Source of the DNA: the human T2T-CHM13v2.0 reference genome, Homo sapiens | Assembly (NCBI RefSeq): GCF_009914755.1 | Contig: NC_060934.1 | Length of the DNA: 64,000 nt | Strand: one strand, 5' to 3' | Notes under the pieces: model-generated | What the model was told of the DNA's origin: nothing | The model's database searches: none | The model's input: the letters and a program-made list of their open reading frames with translations, nothing else | Program-made: the position numbers and the translations under genes | In this document: one piece after another, positions 14,455-29,553 of the stretch | How the letters are laid out: each line of letters starts with the position of its first letter | Position numbering within the stretch: the first letter of the stretch is position 1

Positions 14455-14682
14455 GAACCCCATGAAGAGCAGAGTCCCCTAGGATTAAAAAATGGGGAAA
14501 ATGGATATATATTTGGAAATGGGATCCGGAGCTGAGCAGGATACAGCAGACTGTTCTAAGATTTTATTATGCATCTGCTGCAGAAAGGTCTGCAGGCCTC
14601 CAACTCCCCAAAAGTGCCTTAAAACATACTTAAAATACACTCCATTCTCTCTGCAGGTCTTGTTGCAGTTGTAATTTTTCCT

Positions 14683-14857
14683 ATTTTTTATTATTATTAA
14701 TATTATTTTAGATTTAGGGTCTCACTCTGTCACCCAGGCTGGAGTGCAGTAGTGTGATCGTAGCTCACTACAACCTCAAATTCCTGGGCTCAAGTGATCC
14801 TTGCACCTCAGCCTTCCAAAACACTGGGATTACAGGAGTGAGCCATCAGGCCTGGCC
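14683..14857 (-). mobile_element. Free Alu monomer (FRAM/FAM-like)
   Basis: Single ~150-bp Alu monomer flanked by cctatttttta repeats. Confidence 0.8.
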
Positions 14858-16059
14858 TATTTTTTATTACGTTATTACCACCCTCTCTCCCACTAGACCA
14901 TAAACCCCCTGAGAGTAAGGGCCTCATCTGGTTTCACTCACTGCAGGATATCCAAAATCTGACATGCAATCGGTATCCAGTGGCAAAAGAAATTTAGGTC
15001 AAGTTTAAGATTGGGCAATCATACAGAGTGGGATTTGAAACTTTTGGACAATGCTATCCAAAATAATTCTCCAATTATCTTTGGACAGTCAATGGAGTTC
15101 TTCAGTCAGGGATTCTTTGCTTTGAAGGAAGTCAGACTTCAGCAGACACGCTTTAAGATGCAACTCCCCCCTGAGAAAGGTTCTGCTTTAGGTAATATTT
15201 ACCAGTAAGGTCCATCTTACTGGATGGTTAGATGACAGATAACTGAGAGAAAACCCTCTGGAAATGGAATATAAAATAAGAAGGTTCAGAAATGTGCCAA
15301 GGGCAAGCCACGTTACTGCCTTCTGGAGCTTCCAAAGGTTTATACTAAACACGTGCCTTCATTTCTCCCAAAAGATGTTTAACTATTATGTTCCCTATAA
15401 AAAGAAATCACTTTTACTTCTTACCCTTACTACTATCATTTATCGTACTTCCTATGAACCACGTTTTCATGCCTCTGCAGAAACCTGGAAGATTAAAAAA
15501 GAATCAACATAGATTACAAAAGAAAGACTCAAAGGTTCCAGAATGATTTGCATTCTCTCCATTATCATTTTCCATCTTTCATCGTATCTGCCCTCATAAA
15601 TTACACATACTCCATTTAAGAGCACAGTGAGCCCCAAATCCCTCTTATTTTCAACATGATTGCAAATAGCTAAGCCAAGCACATAAACAACTAAGTGGGC
15701 AGTAGCTATTGTTTTGTCTTCATTTTAAGCAGCCTTTTTCAAAACCATGCTCTACAGAAGACCAGGTTTCCTTAAGGCTCTGGGGGTGGGAAGATGAGGA
15801 GAGTCGGGGGGGTTTGGAGATGCCAGGGGCTTGCCCCCGCTCCCCTGCTTCAATCACGGTAGCTCCATGTTGTTGTCTTCTCAGTAGGGGCTCCCACTCA
15901 AAATGTCATCGGAAGAACCATTTCAACGGCTTTGAGAAGGCTCCAGAGCCCTGGTTCAGAGTACCCAAAGCATCTATGCCTTCCCTTCCAATAAGAGTGT
16001 GCTACACAGCCCGAAAAAGGGAATGCTTTCTACCACATGATATTAAAATAATCAGTAAA

Positions 16060-16381
16060 TTTATTTTTTCTGTTTTTTGGGGTTTTTTGTTTGTTTCCTA
16101 GAGTCTTGCTGTGTCAGCCAGGCTGCTGGAGCACAGTGGTGTGATTACAGCTAACTGCAGCCTCCAACTCCTGGGCTCAACAGGATCCTCCTGTCTCAGC
16201 CTCCTGAGTAGCTGAGACTACAGGTATGCACTATCATGCCCTAATTTTTTATAAAATGTTTGTAGAAACAGGAGTCTCCCTATGGCGCCCAGACTGATGT
16301 CAAACTCCTAGCCTCAAGCAATCCTGCCACCTCAGCCTCCCGAAGTGCTGGGATTACAGGCATAAGCCACAGCACCCGGCT
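16060..16381 (-). mobile_element. AluJ
   Basis: Reverse dimeric Alu. Confidence 0.9.
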
Positions 16382-16429
16382 AGAAATTTCTTTTTTAAGG
16401 GGTCTTTCATCTCGCCTGGATGTTTTAAG

Positions 16430-16870
16430 TTTAGGGATCACCTAATTTACAAAGAGTTTGTGTTCCAAAACTTTTGTTTCTAAGTCAGGGCTTTGGATCT
16501 CACTTTCCTAAAGAAAATGAGATGAGCCACTCCCAAGGCAAGCAGTAAAAGCCTGATGCCCCCGCAGGTGAACTATAATGTTGCTGATTCCACCAGAAGC
16601 AGTTTTACTTTTGCTTCTTGTTGAATGGGCTGCTGCGGGCCCGTGGGGGCGTCTAACCACTCTTCATGCTATTTCTTTGAAGCAGTTCATGCTGGGATGT
16701 GTGATCAAAAGGGAACTAGTAACTATAAAAGGGCTTTCCTTCCCTCTCTTCCTCTTGACTGCCAAGGTCCAGAGCAGTCCACATCTACTGCAGTCAGAGG
16801 CTGGCCAAGTGGATGTTCACCAGGTACTGGATAAAGCCTATGAACCACTGGCTTTGAAGAGCTAACTCTT
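16430..16870. mobile_element. Possible ancient Tigger (Tigger15-like) fragment
   Basis: ttacaaagagtttgtgttccaaaacttttgtttctaagtc resembles an old Tigger terminal region; heavily decayed. Confidence 0.35.
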
Positions 16871-17619
16871 GGTTTGTTTGTTTATTCACAGTATTTCATA
16901 AAATGTTATTATGACAATCTGGCACCTGATATAGATTCCAAAAAAGCTTGAGAGGATTTAGCATTTAGATGTAAAATATTCACAGTGTTTATAACCCTCT
17001 CAGGAAGAGAGGGGGGGAAATAAAAAGAAAAGAGAAAATTTTTTAAAGAAAGAGATAACAGTGGGTAACTATAAATAACTTTCTAGATTGAATTGGAAAA
17101 TATATTTCGATTTTCTTTATTTTTGGCTCACTTGGTAAGCTAATGAACTGAAAGAAGAGAACTGGTTTTAACCAGACAATTCTAAAAGATTTCAGAATTT
17201 GAAAACTTGGAGCTATGAATAGATGTGATTCACTTAGCATCACAAATGATCAAAACAAGCCTATAAAATATTAATAGTCAATTTTCCACCAAAACCAGTG
17301 AGCTGTTCAGAACTCCAGATATCAAAACTCTAAGGAAATGCTCTCATGCAGAATCAAATCATTTAATAGGCTAAAATGAAATCCAATGCCATTACTGAGT
17401 ATTACCATTAGGATAGATACCTACCCACGTTTTTGCAAAAATGGAAATATTCTTACAGAAGTGTTTTCACCTCTCACCCAGAAAAAAAGAAACCATAATG
17501 ACTTCTTCCTACTTATACTTAATGCCAAATTCTACCTTTACATACATTGCATCAACCCTTGTATTGCAATTCTTTGCTTACAGATCTTTTCTAGGTGCTC
17601 TCTGAGCAAGGGGACCAGG

Positions 17620-17810
17620 GTACTGGTGAAAAGTGTGGACATCGAGGGCTCAGAGATCTAGGTCCCATTCCAAGACCTATTCCGTACCAGCTAAGTGTGA
17701 AAGGGCAGGTTATCGAAATTCTCTAAAGGTTGAATGTGTTACCTAAATAGAGATAATAATAAACACCTGTATCATTGAAGTTGTTTATGATTAAATAAAA
17801 TAATACATGT
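17620..17810 (+). mobile_element. MIR
   Basis: MIR core remnant (ggtcccattccaagacct...ccagctaagtgtga...gggcaggtta...). Confidence 0.6.
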
Positions 17811-18254
17811 AAAATTATGTCCTTGGAATACAGCAACACTGTTGATGATGATGATGTCTTTATATCCCAGTGCACAGAGTAGGTAATCAATACATGTTTC
17901 TTGAATTGCATTGAATTTCCCCATGTTGTCTGCTTGATGGAGCCCAATTGCTTCTAAAGAACACGACATTTGAGCAAAATCTTTATAAAGATCTGATGTC
18001 TTCCCCTGACTGCTGCTTGGCGATCCCACAGATCTTTGGACATCTCGCCATTAGCTCTTGTCCCACCAGCCTATAATTATTTGTATATGCCACCCTTTGA
18101 AGCTTGCAGCTGGCCACATCAGGGAGAATAAAATCGGCCATTCATAAAACAGTGACCTTGTTCTTCTTTGCATCTCCAAAGTCAGGCATATAATAGGAAA
18201 ACAATAAATGCTTGCTCCTGGAATGCACTGAAGGCATCTATAACCACTAACTGA

Positions 18255-18690
<436 letters not shown>

Positions 18691-19317
18691 TGATCTTTCT
18701 CTTTTTCAGTCCTTATAACAAATTAAATATAGTCATTCCAAGGTGTGTGTTAGTCCTCTTTCCTCAGACACCCTATAAATTTATGAAGGGAAGAGAAACT
18801 AATTTTAAATGATTTTGCACAGTACCAAAGCATGTCACAGGCAGGAAATGAGTATTTGATTGCTTGATTTAGTTCTATGTCCAGTGTGTACTTGTCCAGA
18901 ATTACCTGATGAACCCTAACTTGACGAGAAGAAAGGCACATTGGATATGCACAGAGCAGATCCAGATTCTGGTACCCCTGGGGGTGTGAATGAACAGAGG
19001 TGTTCTTGCCGGCCTCCATAATAGTGTCTCTCTTTGGCCAGCACCTCATTTTTGTAACCAAAACCAGTATACAAACACCAGCATTTTACACAAACTAAAA
19101 AATAGCTCCCAACCATCTATTCATGGCATTATTAACCAACAGTAAATTCCACTTGGAGATTATTTCCTCTAATTAGATGGACTGAGAAGTGATCCCAAGT
19201 CCCCCAGAAAGAGACTACAGGCAACTGCAACCTCCCCTGTGATTAGATACACCATCAAGGAAATGATTCAATCCCAAGCCACTGAGAGCTGCCTGCTCTC
19301 ATTAAGAAAGAGCTTCA

Positions 19318-19617
19318 GGCCGGGCGCAGTGGCTCACGCTGTAATCCCAGCACTTTGGGAGGCCGAGGCAGGTGGATCACAAAGTCAGGAGTTCAAGACC
19401 AGCCTGACCAAGATGGTGAAACCCTGTCCCTACTAAAAATACAAAAATTAGCCGGGTGTGGTAGCAGGCGCCTGTAATCCCAGCTATTGGGGAGGCTGAG
19501 GCAGAGAACTGCGTGAAGCCGGGAGGCAGAGGTTGCAGTGAGCCGAGACGGCACCACTGTACTCCAGCCTGGGCAACAGAGCAAGACTCCGTTCTCCCAC
19601 CCCTCCCCCCAGAAAAA
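19318..19617 (+). mobile_element. AluSg-like with C-rich degenerate tail
   Basis: Full-length Alu; flanking aaagagct repeats. Confidence 0.88.
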
Positions 19618-20685
19618 GAGCTACACACTTGACATGTTCAAGCCTGTTAGCTGGACACCTCTTTCCTTCACAAACTCTGTGCGTTTCCCTTTCATATACC
19701 AGGAATTCTCAGGGACCATCATTATCACCATCATAACAAGCCTCCACAGTCATAGAATATCTTCTCACTTTTTGAAATGCTTTCACACCTAACTACCTCA
19801 TTTAATACTTACAGACACCCTCAAGACAGGTAGACAAGATGGACTGTCTCACTGCACGTTAGTGCAAACATCAGAGAAACTGGCCTAAGGCCACAGCCAA
19901 TGAACAGATGAAGGAGGCCTACAACCACCTAGCCTCCCCTGCCTCCACCTTCCTTCTCCCCTCTTCCGTCCTTACTTCACCACTGACCAATGGATTGCAA
20001 TGTAGTTGCTCCGTGTCTTACTATGGGGTGCCAGGAAAGACAGCTTCTTTGAAAGAGAGCACCCCATATTTACTAAAAGATCAAGTGTCCCTGCAGAAAA
20101 CGCTGCCACTCACAACCCTAGTCTTAACTGATGTGTTTCACCATATTGAAGGCAAGTTGCCATCTAACATGGTTGACCGGGAGCCAATTGTGGTGTTCTC
20201 ATCTTTGTTCATGCTGTCAATGTGACATATGAAAGAAATATGAACAAAGTGACAGGAGGAAAACAAAGCCCTTGGCTGGTGTGAGATACACAGACGGGGT
20301 GTTAGCCGCACACACACTGCAACTGGGTCAAGTTAACACCTTGTTTTTCCCCACATATGCGGTGTGGAAAAGCTATTTGTAAAATGTGTTTAAATATTTA
20401 GGACCAAATAAGTCAAGATTGTTGGGAAACATTGACTCTGACCGGAACTCATTTACTTGCCCTAGTCCAACGTGAATAACAAAACTGAGAATATCAGGAC
20501 AATTCAAGACCGGGAACAGTACAGATGTTCAACACTTTCACCCGGAATTCCCACACAGGCCTGCTTTCAGCCTCCACACCGGCTGGTGACCCAGCAGGAA
20601 CAGTACGAAGACAAGAATCTCAGAAGAGCAGCCTTGTGAAAAATCTTTAGGGCCAAGGGAACAAAACAAATCTTCTAGAAGTTAC

Positions 20686-20770
20686 CTGACTCTGCAATTC
20701 ACTTTGCTGCTTCAGGCGAAGATTTTCAGGTGTATCTGCCACCGTGGTGAAGGACTGCTTCGGGTAGTGT
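20686..20770 (-). CDS. NEBL: Internal coding exon (exon 3 of the LIM-nebulette/LASP-2 isoform) of nebulette
   Basis: Minus strand reads ...aaatttccccacAG|a CAC TAC CCG AAG CAG TCC TTC ACC ACG GTG GCA GAT ACA CCT GAA AAT CTT CGC CTG AAG CAG CAA AGT GAA TTG CAG AGT CAG|GTAAC. This is 85 nt, phase 2 to phase 0, encoding (A)[28 protein letters not shown], the LIM end plus first nebulin repeat. SFTTVAD fits LASP-2/NEBL, whereas LASP1 has SFTMVAD. Too short for the ORF track. Confidence 0.97.
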
Positions 20771-20879
20771 CTGTGGGGAAATTTTTTAAAAGGACATAAT
20801 TAAAATATTGTGCTACAAAACAACACTTTCACACCCATTGTTTTGCACATCCCCCCTTTTCCCAACCCCATCACAGTGG

Positions 20880-22470
20880 AAGAGGGACCTGAGCTTGGCT
20901 AAGGTCATCTCTCTGTCATTATTCCAGACCTCATCCCATTCTCATGGCTCTGTCGCCCAGACATCCTCACTCTCTCCCACAGCTTAACCTTGACTTCTCT
21001 TTTCTAAGCGCATCTTCACCCATGCTCAAGGTTCTCCTAACCTCCACCGTTCCTGCACCCCACACACCCTTCCAGCATGTGTGCCAAATCATCCATCCTC
21101 CAACCAAACTTCCTGACAAAGAAGCCTCACCTCACAGTGCCTGCCCATCTCCTCTCCGACTCATTCCCCAACTCTATGACTGGCTTCTGGCTTCCGTTTC
21201 TAGAAGTTTCTCTTGCCCGTTATAATGACTTTCTGTGGACACAACCAACAGACATCTTGTAGTCCTCCTCTTGGGCGGCCTCCCTCCATCTTGAAATGTC
21301 GTCTCCCCGGGTTTACACACACCCCTGGCTCAGCTGCTCCCTCTAGTGGTTCCTTCCCTGTCTCCTGCAGGCTCCCCTAAGTCTGTGTATCTCCCCACTC
21401 AAGGTCCTCACCTGGGATCTCTTCTCTTCTCAGTCTACACCATCACCTGGGGATCACATCATTCCCACAGCTTTGGGGCCTCTCTGTGAGCTGACTACTC
21501 CGAAGTCTGAGTTTCAGATCCAATAGCATTTCCATTTGCAGATTCCATACCCAGCACAACTCCACCAGTCCAAAACACAGCTGTTCATCACCCCACCCCT
21601 CCATAACACAAGTTCCTCCCCTGGATCTTCTTTTTCATTTATTATATTAGTGCCCCGTAGCCCAAGTCAGAAAGCTGGGAGTAATCTAGATTCCTCACAC
21701 ATCCAATCACTCGTTCACCAAATCTATTGATCTTGTCTGCAAATATATCTCAACTATTTACTTATATAAATGTATATATGTGTATATGTCTCCATCTTGA
21801 CTCCATTTTTTAATTGTCGGCCACATTTATCGTTTAGGTGACTACAGCACTAGCCAGTCTTGCCCTTCCCATCTGAGAACAAATGTTCTCAAATGCAAAT
21901 CTGATCACGTCACTCCCCTGAGTAAAACCTTTCAACGGCTTCCAGTTGATCTTGGAATAAAGTCTGGCCTCCTGTCTGCCAAGGCCCCCATGGCCAGGCC
22001 TCTGCAGACTTCTCACTGTGAAAACTGCATGCTCTTGCTGCAGGGATCACTTCAGTCCCCTGAGTTCCCCCTTCTCGTTCCCACTGCTCCCCTGACACGT
22101 TATTCCCCTTTCCTGGAAAACCCATCCCTCTTCCCATCCTACTGCCCATTTTTTATAAACTGTGTTTATTTTTCAGGTCTTGCCTTAGATGTCACTTTCT
22201 CCAGGAAGCTCTCCTGGCCTCCCAAGTTTGGGTCAGGAATGGCCCCTGGATGGACTTTTCTGCCCCTGTGCTAATGCTTATCTTGCTCATGGCTTTTCCT
22301 ATTGGCAGGCCTCTGCCTCACAGTACAACGAAAGTTCTGTGGTAGCAATAGTGGGCTGTCTTGTGCCTTGCTGGGGTGCATTCCTGCCTATATCGCTAGC
22401 ACCTGCTAGTGTCTGCCTCTTAGTGTGACCTCAGTAAATACTTGTGGACAGAAGAAACGAAGGGATGGAG
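20880..22470 (+). mobile_element. L2 LINE fragment (ORF2 3' part and tail)
   Basis: Pyrimidine-rich L2 motifs (ctcttctcagtctacacc, aaatgcaaatctgatcacgtcactcccctg, ctcagtaaatacttgtgg). Confidence 0.75.
21333..21351 (-). promoter_or_regulatory. Candidate CTCF motif
   Basis: Minus strand aaCCACTAGAGGGAGCagc, close to CCASYAGRKGGCRS; motif match only. Confidence 0.4.
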
Positions 22471-23980
22471 GGAGCAGAACAACCACACAAGGAGCCCATG
22501 CCTTGGCTACAGTCAAACTTCAGCGTGTCCTATAAGGCATGTCGTCGCATTTGTGCAAACATTCAGCGGCCTCTTATGTTCACAGATGACTCCCCTGGTG
22601 GTGAGGAGATGGCATTTCCTCCCTGTGTGCAGGTAAAGACTCAAACACTGATTCAGAGCTGCTGTCCCATCTACTCACTGCTCCCATGTTCGGCTGGCGC
22701 TGAGGAGACACCTTTAGCTGCTGTGACCCCATGGTCACAAAAGCCACAGAGCTCAGAGCTGCTCCTCAAAGAACATCCTCCCTGTTTGCTTCTTTCTAGC
22801 CCCTCTCCTTTCTGGTATCCACGTGTGTCTCTTCCTGTGGCTTCTCTAACATCCTCACTGTTTCAAACTCGACTCTCCTGGTAAAAGTTTCTTTTCAGCA
22901 TCCCTGTCCCTGGCGTCCCATGAGAAGGCTGATGCAGTAATCATTTGTCGGTGCAGATAAAGCCTACCCAAAGCACGCTAGCACTTGCGAAATAAAGATT
23001 AAATATTGTAGCTCCCACGGAGTCAGATTCGTGGTAGGAAAATGTACATGCAATTCTCATTTTTCCAGCATTCTTCAGGAATTTAATGTCCCATATAAGC
23101 CAATGTTCCAGGTAATTGGAGTTAACCCCATAACTGCTGGACTCATTTTAACTATTTTAATTAACATCCTTCAAAACCCTTTACACAATTTTCCTGCCTT
23201 CTTAGAGTATAAACGAATCTAGTTATATTTTTTCCTGATAATGTAGGGTCATCTTAATAGATATTATCAGACCATGATACAAAGAAGTCATGCTTTTGAA
23301 GTTTGTAAAGGTAAATAACCCAAATCATACAAGATGATTATGCTTGTATAACCGCTGGACTGTCAAGAGATAATTTCTCACACACAGCATTCGGTTCTGC
23401 CTCATCTTCTCTAGATAGTCAAGTTGTTTAAAATGTTGGTAAATACCAGAGTTATTGATTCAAACGAGTAAGGTGTAGCAGGTAAGGTCTTTTGCTCTCC
23501 TTATGCTGAAGTCAGACAAAATGTTGGCCACACTCTTCCAGGGGCTACTTCTGAACTATGTTCCAGACAATAGACAGAGGAAGTTAGGCAGACAACTCTG
23601 GTGTGTTATGTAATATTTGCAAGTTCCAACTTGGGAAGTTGAACTTTACTGAACTTTAAAATGTAGCAACTACGTATGGCTGTATTTTAAAGCTATAGTA
23701 ACAACTGAGCATGTTTTCTTGTGTTTTGTTTTTCAAAATGTATTCTGTGGGATAAAGTTGCCACTGAGATTTTCAGGTCTCTACAATGATTAATTTGAAA
23801 ATTTTACATATGGATTTTAACCATTTTTTAAACTGTAATTAGAATCCACTGTCAAATGTGTTACAGAAAGTTTAGCCCGTTGAGAGATCCCCTTCATACT
23901 AACTTGCAGGTTCACTCAGTTTGGGGGCATGCTTTGGGGAACAACCTTCTTCTGCCATTTACCTTTAATTTAAAATTCTG

Positions 23981-24317
<337 letters not shown>

Positions 24318-26254
24318 TTAATTAAAGAGTATCCTGAGATTGAAAAGTGAACTGTTAGAGGAGAGTGCAATTTGTGTCTCTTCACTATGTGTGCACAAAT
24401 TTCCTCCATGCAAGACAAAAATGAATTCTATTTGGATAGTAATGAACTTCACTTGCTGCCCATACCACTAAGTTTGAAGTATCATTTCAGGAAAATAATT
24501 GAATTGTTCTCACCATTTGACTTTGCAACATGAAAGGGTGATAGAACTTATAAAATATATGCATATAAATAAAACACTACTTTGATAAGTTTGGTATGAG
24601 CATCAAAGTTCTATTTGGAAAAAGTGTTACTCTGGGGAAAAAAAAAAAAAACATTGAAAAGCTTCTACTGTCTTTTAGAAAAATATTCTGCTAATCTCAT
24701 GACCAAAGTGCAAACTTACTAGCATACTATGCAATGTATACTGATATCTAGGACTAGAAACATATAACAATGCTTTGTACTTTTTCCAATTATCTTTTTA
24801 AATCCTAAGATTTAATGATTTTTTAATAGTGGGTTAATCAGTATGTAGCATAACTTTCTCTAAAGATGCATAACAGGAAGAAACTATCCAAAATCTTGAT
24901 GTAGGAGAGAAAAAGTTCAATTTAGTATTAGTAACGAAAATAATAAATGCTGAGGGAAAGAAGGAATTTATACCTGAAACTACCAGGGATCATGAGAACT
25001 AAAATGAATTAAAACCTGAGGATTGGGGGATTCACATTATATTCAGAGCTAGCAAAATGCAAGAGAATAAGATCTTCCAAAAAAAAAAAAAGAAGGCTTA
25101 ACTATTGAGAAAGAGTGGGATGGCCTCATGAGTTGAGACCATAAGACTCAGAAGAAATAAGTGTAATTATAGAGATGGCAACTCATACTGCCTTATACTG
25201 AAAATGAAAATTACAATATCTGTAGGAACCTAATTAATTTCAAACTCAACACATCTGAAAATCCCATCAAACACTGGATTTCTCAACATCATGTCCATGT
25301 AGTAATGTCCATCTAATCTAATCCGACAACATTCTGCTCTGAAGTCACAATCTCAACTTCCACTCACCCACCACTCCACCTCTCCAGCAAAAAAAGAAAA
25401 AGAAAAGAAAACCAGATAAGATAAGAAATAAACTGAGGGGCTGGTGGTCCTCATACGATTATAGAAGAGAGAAGTCAAGCATCTAACACGAATCGGTAGC
25501 ACCATACAATTAATTCTAAAGCCCTTTCCAAACACTGCATTCAAAAGATTGTGAAAGGTCTTCCTAAAAAATTGTCTTGAATAGAAATCTTAAGGAAAAC
25601 AGAAGATTTCTCCACCAGGCCTAGAGGAAGAATAACACTTTTTTCCTCCTCCATATTGGAGTAAGAATGTAGGAAGAAGACACAGGGCATGAGAAATGGA
25701 TGTTCAAAGAGAATCAGGAAACAAAAAAAAAAGGAGGAATGGATGAATTGACACATTCATAAGTTTCATGGAAAACAAAACATAATTGTGGAAATATGAC
25801 ATGTAACGCATTCAGAGCTGGTTGAGAGATGTGGGGAATATGCTGAAATGTTTAGCATCATAAACAGAAGTCTCTTAGATGAGCTATGCAAGAATTGGCT
25901 GAAGTGTGTGTATCAAGACTGAGCTGACAGTTGCAACAAATCCAGATTTCCATAAAATGCTGTATTAAAAATAAAGACAGAGAGAATCAAGATAATAATA
26001 GAAGACTGCATCTGAAATAGTAAAGTTAGGTCACAGAAAGATGACTTCAAATTTTTTTTCTCTGTGAGATTCAGTTGTTAAAAATATAAGAAAAGTTATA
26101 TGCAAATCACTAGACCTCGTCAGAGCTCGTCAAAATGCAGGAAGCGACATAAGCAAATGGCATCCTCCATGGAGATGGGAATGAGAAAGAACATGACTGG
26201 GGAGAGCGAGAACCCAGAAACACTCTCTTTTTATCCAGATTCCGGTGCTTATAG

Positions 26255-26690
26255 GAGCACAGGAGTCAAAGTGCCTGGGTTTGTACTTGGCTTGTCTACC
26301 TTCCATCTGTGTGCCTTTGGGTTAGGTTTCTTAACCTCTCTGGCCTCAACTTTCTCATCTATAAGAAAAACATAAGAGTAGCACAATTCAGGCTTGCTGC
26401 AAAATTCACACATGCAAGTCATTTGAAACCATTTGTGGCTCATAGTAGGCACTCAAGAAAATGTCTACCATTACTTATAATATTATTATCACTATTACTA
26501 TTAATATTATGGCTACTAACTACTACTACTTTCTCTTTGCTCTCCTGCAAAGTAATTTAACCTCTGTGTCTCACAACCTTCATCTATATAGTCGGAATAA
26601 AATATTCCTGGTTCTCTCATGAAGTTGCTGCTGGAATCACATGAAAAAGTTTTATAAATGGAAAACTACTGTAAATGAGAAACATTAGTG
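26255..26690 (+). mobile_element. MIR fragments (two)
   Basis: cctgggtttgtacttggct...ttaacctctctggcctcaactttctcatctataa and aatttaacctctgtgtctcacaaccttcatctata. Confidence 0.65.
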
Positions 26691-26744
26691 AACAACTCAG
26701 ACATATAAAGCTAAGATCTTCATGGATTTATTTTCTGTAAAACC

Positions 26745-26965
26745 CATGTTTTCATACTGTCCTCAGAGGACATTTGGCAATAGGCAACGTCCGGAGACAT
26801 TTCTGGTTGTCTCATTTGGGAGTGAGTAGGGAGGGGAAAATACTACTGACATCTCGTGGTCAGGAGGCCAGAAATGAGGCTATCCTACAGTACACTGTAC
26901 AGCCCCCTCCCTGACAGACTTATCCTGTCCCAAATGTCAACAGTGCTGAGGTTAATAAGTCTTGT
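26745..26965 (+). mobile_element. MER20 (hAT-Charlie)
   Basis: ggacatttggcaat...ggagacatttctggttgtc...caaatgtcaacagtgctgaggtt. Confidence 0.85.
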
Positions 26966-27281
26966 TTAATAGATATAAATCTCTAACATTATAGGCAACC
27001 ACTAATTTTAAGACTTCTAGCTCTAACAAATCTCTAAACTTTGTTTTCATTCCTGTCTCCTGGTGAAATCAAACAGCCACCATGGCCCCTTAATCTTTTG
27101 CCATATTCTAAATCGATTATATCCATCTCCATCTTCTCCCTCCTGAGCACTTAAGTCCACCTTCTCTGGCTTTCCGTTTACCTAACCACTGTCACATTTA
27201 CACTCAAACTAGAGGATCTGAGAGCAGAATTCAGATGTCAAAAGAATTTGTTGCTATATGATGATTTCCTTATGGGCTTTA

Positions 27282-27800
27282 TGTGAAAATGAGTTAACAT
27301 GGCAGGGCTGCCTGCTAGCATTCATTTGAAAGGCCTGCTTAGAAGGATGGCCCTTCTCTGGTGTCTGGGAACTTGAATTTGGGGAGGGTTTTCTACCATC
27401 ATTAACCACCAAGAGTGGTTCACTGTGCTGAAGCTGTTTGTACAAACAGCTAAACACCTGCTTTCTTTATGGGTGTCTGGAATTTGGTGATAACCCACTC
27501 CCCCTCTTGGCCACCCATGGGCACTAAGTCTCTAAGGAGCTTCACTGGTTGGCAGTGTTTGACATAGGTTGTCACAATTCATTGCTGGAGGAGTTAAGCG
27601 CATCTTGTGTGGCTCTGCTGGAACAAGCGTCTTGCTTCCTCCTGACATGTCCCCATGCATTTTACCTTTGCTGATTTTGCTCTGTGTCTTTTCACCATAA
27701 CAAATCATGGCCACATGAATAAGCAGGACTGTATGCTGATTCTTGTGAAACCTCCCAGAGAATCATCAAAACTGAGGATGTTCTTGGGGACCCCAGCACA
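27282..27800 (+). mobile_element. MER77/MER68/MER21-group solo LTR (ERVL)
   Basis: tgtgaaaatgagttaacatggcagg...gaaaggcctgctt...cttggggaccccagcaca. Confidence 0.75.
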
Positions 27801-27887
27801 GGCCCCTTTGTGCGTAACAGGCTTTCATTCATAAAGGAAGAAGTATACTAAATATTTAACGTATTATCTTTAAAAAAAAAACAACAA

Positions 27888-28199
27888 CTTTTTTTGTTTT
27901 TTTTTTTTTAATTTTCAGATAGAGTCTCACTCTGTCACCTAGGCTGAAGTGCAGTGGCAGGATCACACATCACCGCAGCCTCGACCTCCTGGACTCAGGT
28001 GATCCTCCCATCTCAGCCTCCTGAGTAGCTGGGACCAGAGGCAACTGCCACCATGTCAGGCTAATTTTTGTATTTTTTTGTTGAGATGGGGTTTCACCAT
28101 GTTGCCCAGGCTGGATCTCGAACTCCTGGGCTCAAGTGGTCCAATCAATTCAGCCTTCCAAAGTGCTAGGATTACAGGCATAAGCCACCACACCTGGCC
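27888..28199 (-). mobile_element. AluJ
   Basis: Reverse dimeric Alu. Confidence 0.9.
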
Positions 28200-28509
28200 A
28201 TATTTTTAAAGAACATTTAAAAAGCAAAAGTTGTGACTTCACATCATGAAACTGGCTTTTTAGCTCCTCCTCTCTGAGTTAGGAGAGAGACCAATCTCTT
28301 TGCTGGGGACCATCTTTCACACTCTGATTTTAACCAAGGAAGTCATTTTACCCAATGACCAAGACCATAACTAACTGTTAGGGATGTAGGAAGATGATAG
28401 AAGGTTTAAATGTAATTTTAATTATTCCTCCTAAGTCTGAACCACTCCATTTTGTAGGAAAAATGGTTGTTTTATGTCATTCAAAATTATCTTTAAAGAA
28501 TGAGAAATA

Positions 28510-28847
<338 letters not shown>

Positions 28848-28849
28848 AT

Positions 28850-29535
28850 GAGAAATAAAACATTTAAAAATAAGCAGACTCTGAGAGAGAGTACCACCAT
28901 CAGGTCTTCTATGAAGCTACTTATTATAAAGAATACACTGTCAGGAAGAAAGAAAATAATTCCAGAAGGAAAAGCTAAAATGCAAAAAAGGAGAGTGGCA
29001 AGCAAATAAAATGTAAATGTGCACACACGCATGCACAGGCACACACACAAACACACATTGTGTGGAATAATAACAGTGTCTACTATATAGGATTTTTTTA
29101 AAGACAAAGCTAAAATACTGGACAATAAGTTGAGAGGGCATATGAGAATTAAAGTATTCTAAGATCTTTCTATCCTTCATGAGAAAGGTTAGAATATTAT
29201 TGAATTTTAGATTTTGTTTAAGCACATGCAATAACATTTTAAGTATAATCACAAAAAATGGAAATAAGATTACATAAATTCAAATCCTAAAAAAGGGAAA
29301 ATATCAAATTTTTTAGAAGAACCAAAAATCTAACTCAATATAATTTAAAAAAAAAAATGAAGACAGAGAGAAAAAGCATAGAATAAACAGGACAAATAGA
29401 AATTTAACAGTTGGGAGAAACAATTCAATAATCATAAAAATGTAAATAGGCAATACTTGCCAGCTAAAAGATTGATATTGTCATATTTTTAAATTCCACT
29501 AAAAAATAGCTATACTAATATGAGACAAAATGCTT
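28850..29535 (+). mobile_element. Old L1M(E) ORF1-end/inter-ORF/ORF2-start fragment
   Basis: A-rich L1M motifs (aattccagaaggaaaagct..., aatgtaaataggcaatacttgccagctaaaaga); cut by the EIF4B retrocopy. Confidence 0.55.
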
Positions 29536-29553
29536 TTTAAAATGAAAGTGTTG

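Noticed and set aside
17737-17765. Possible recursive splice site on the NEBL strand (tctctatttAG|GTAACA)
   Set aside because: MIR-derived, with a weak pyrimidine tract and donor; cannot be supported without saw-tooth RNA-seq data.
24660-26050. Possible very old LINE remnant (purine-skewed stretch)
   Set aside because: Could not be matched to any consensus with confidence.
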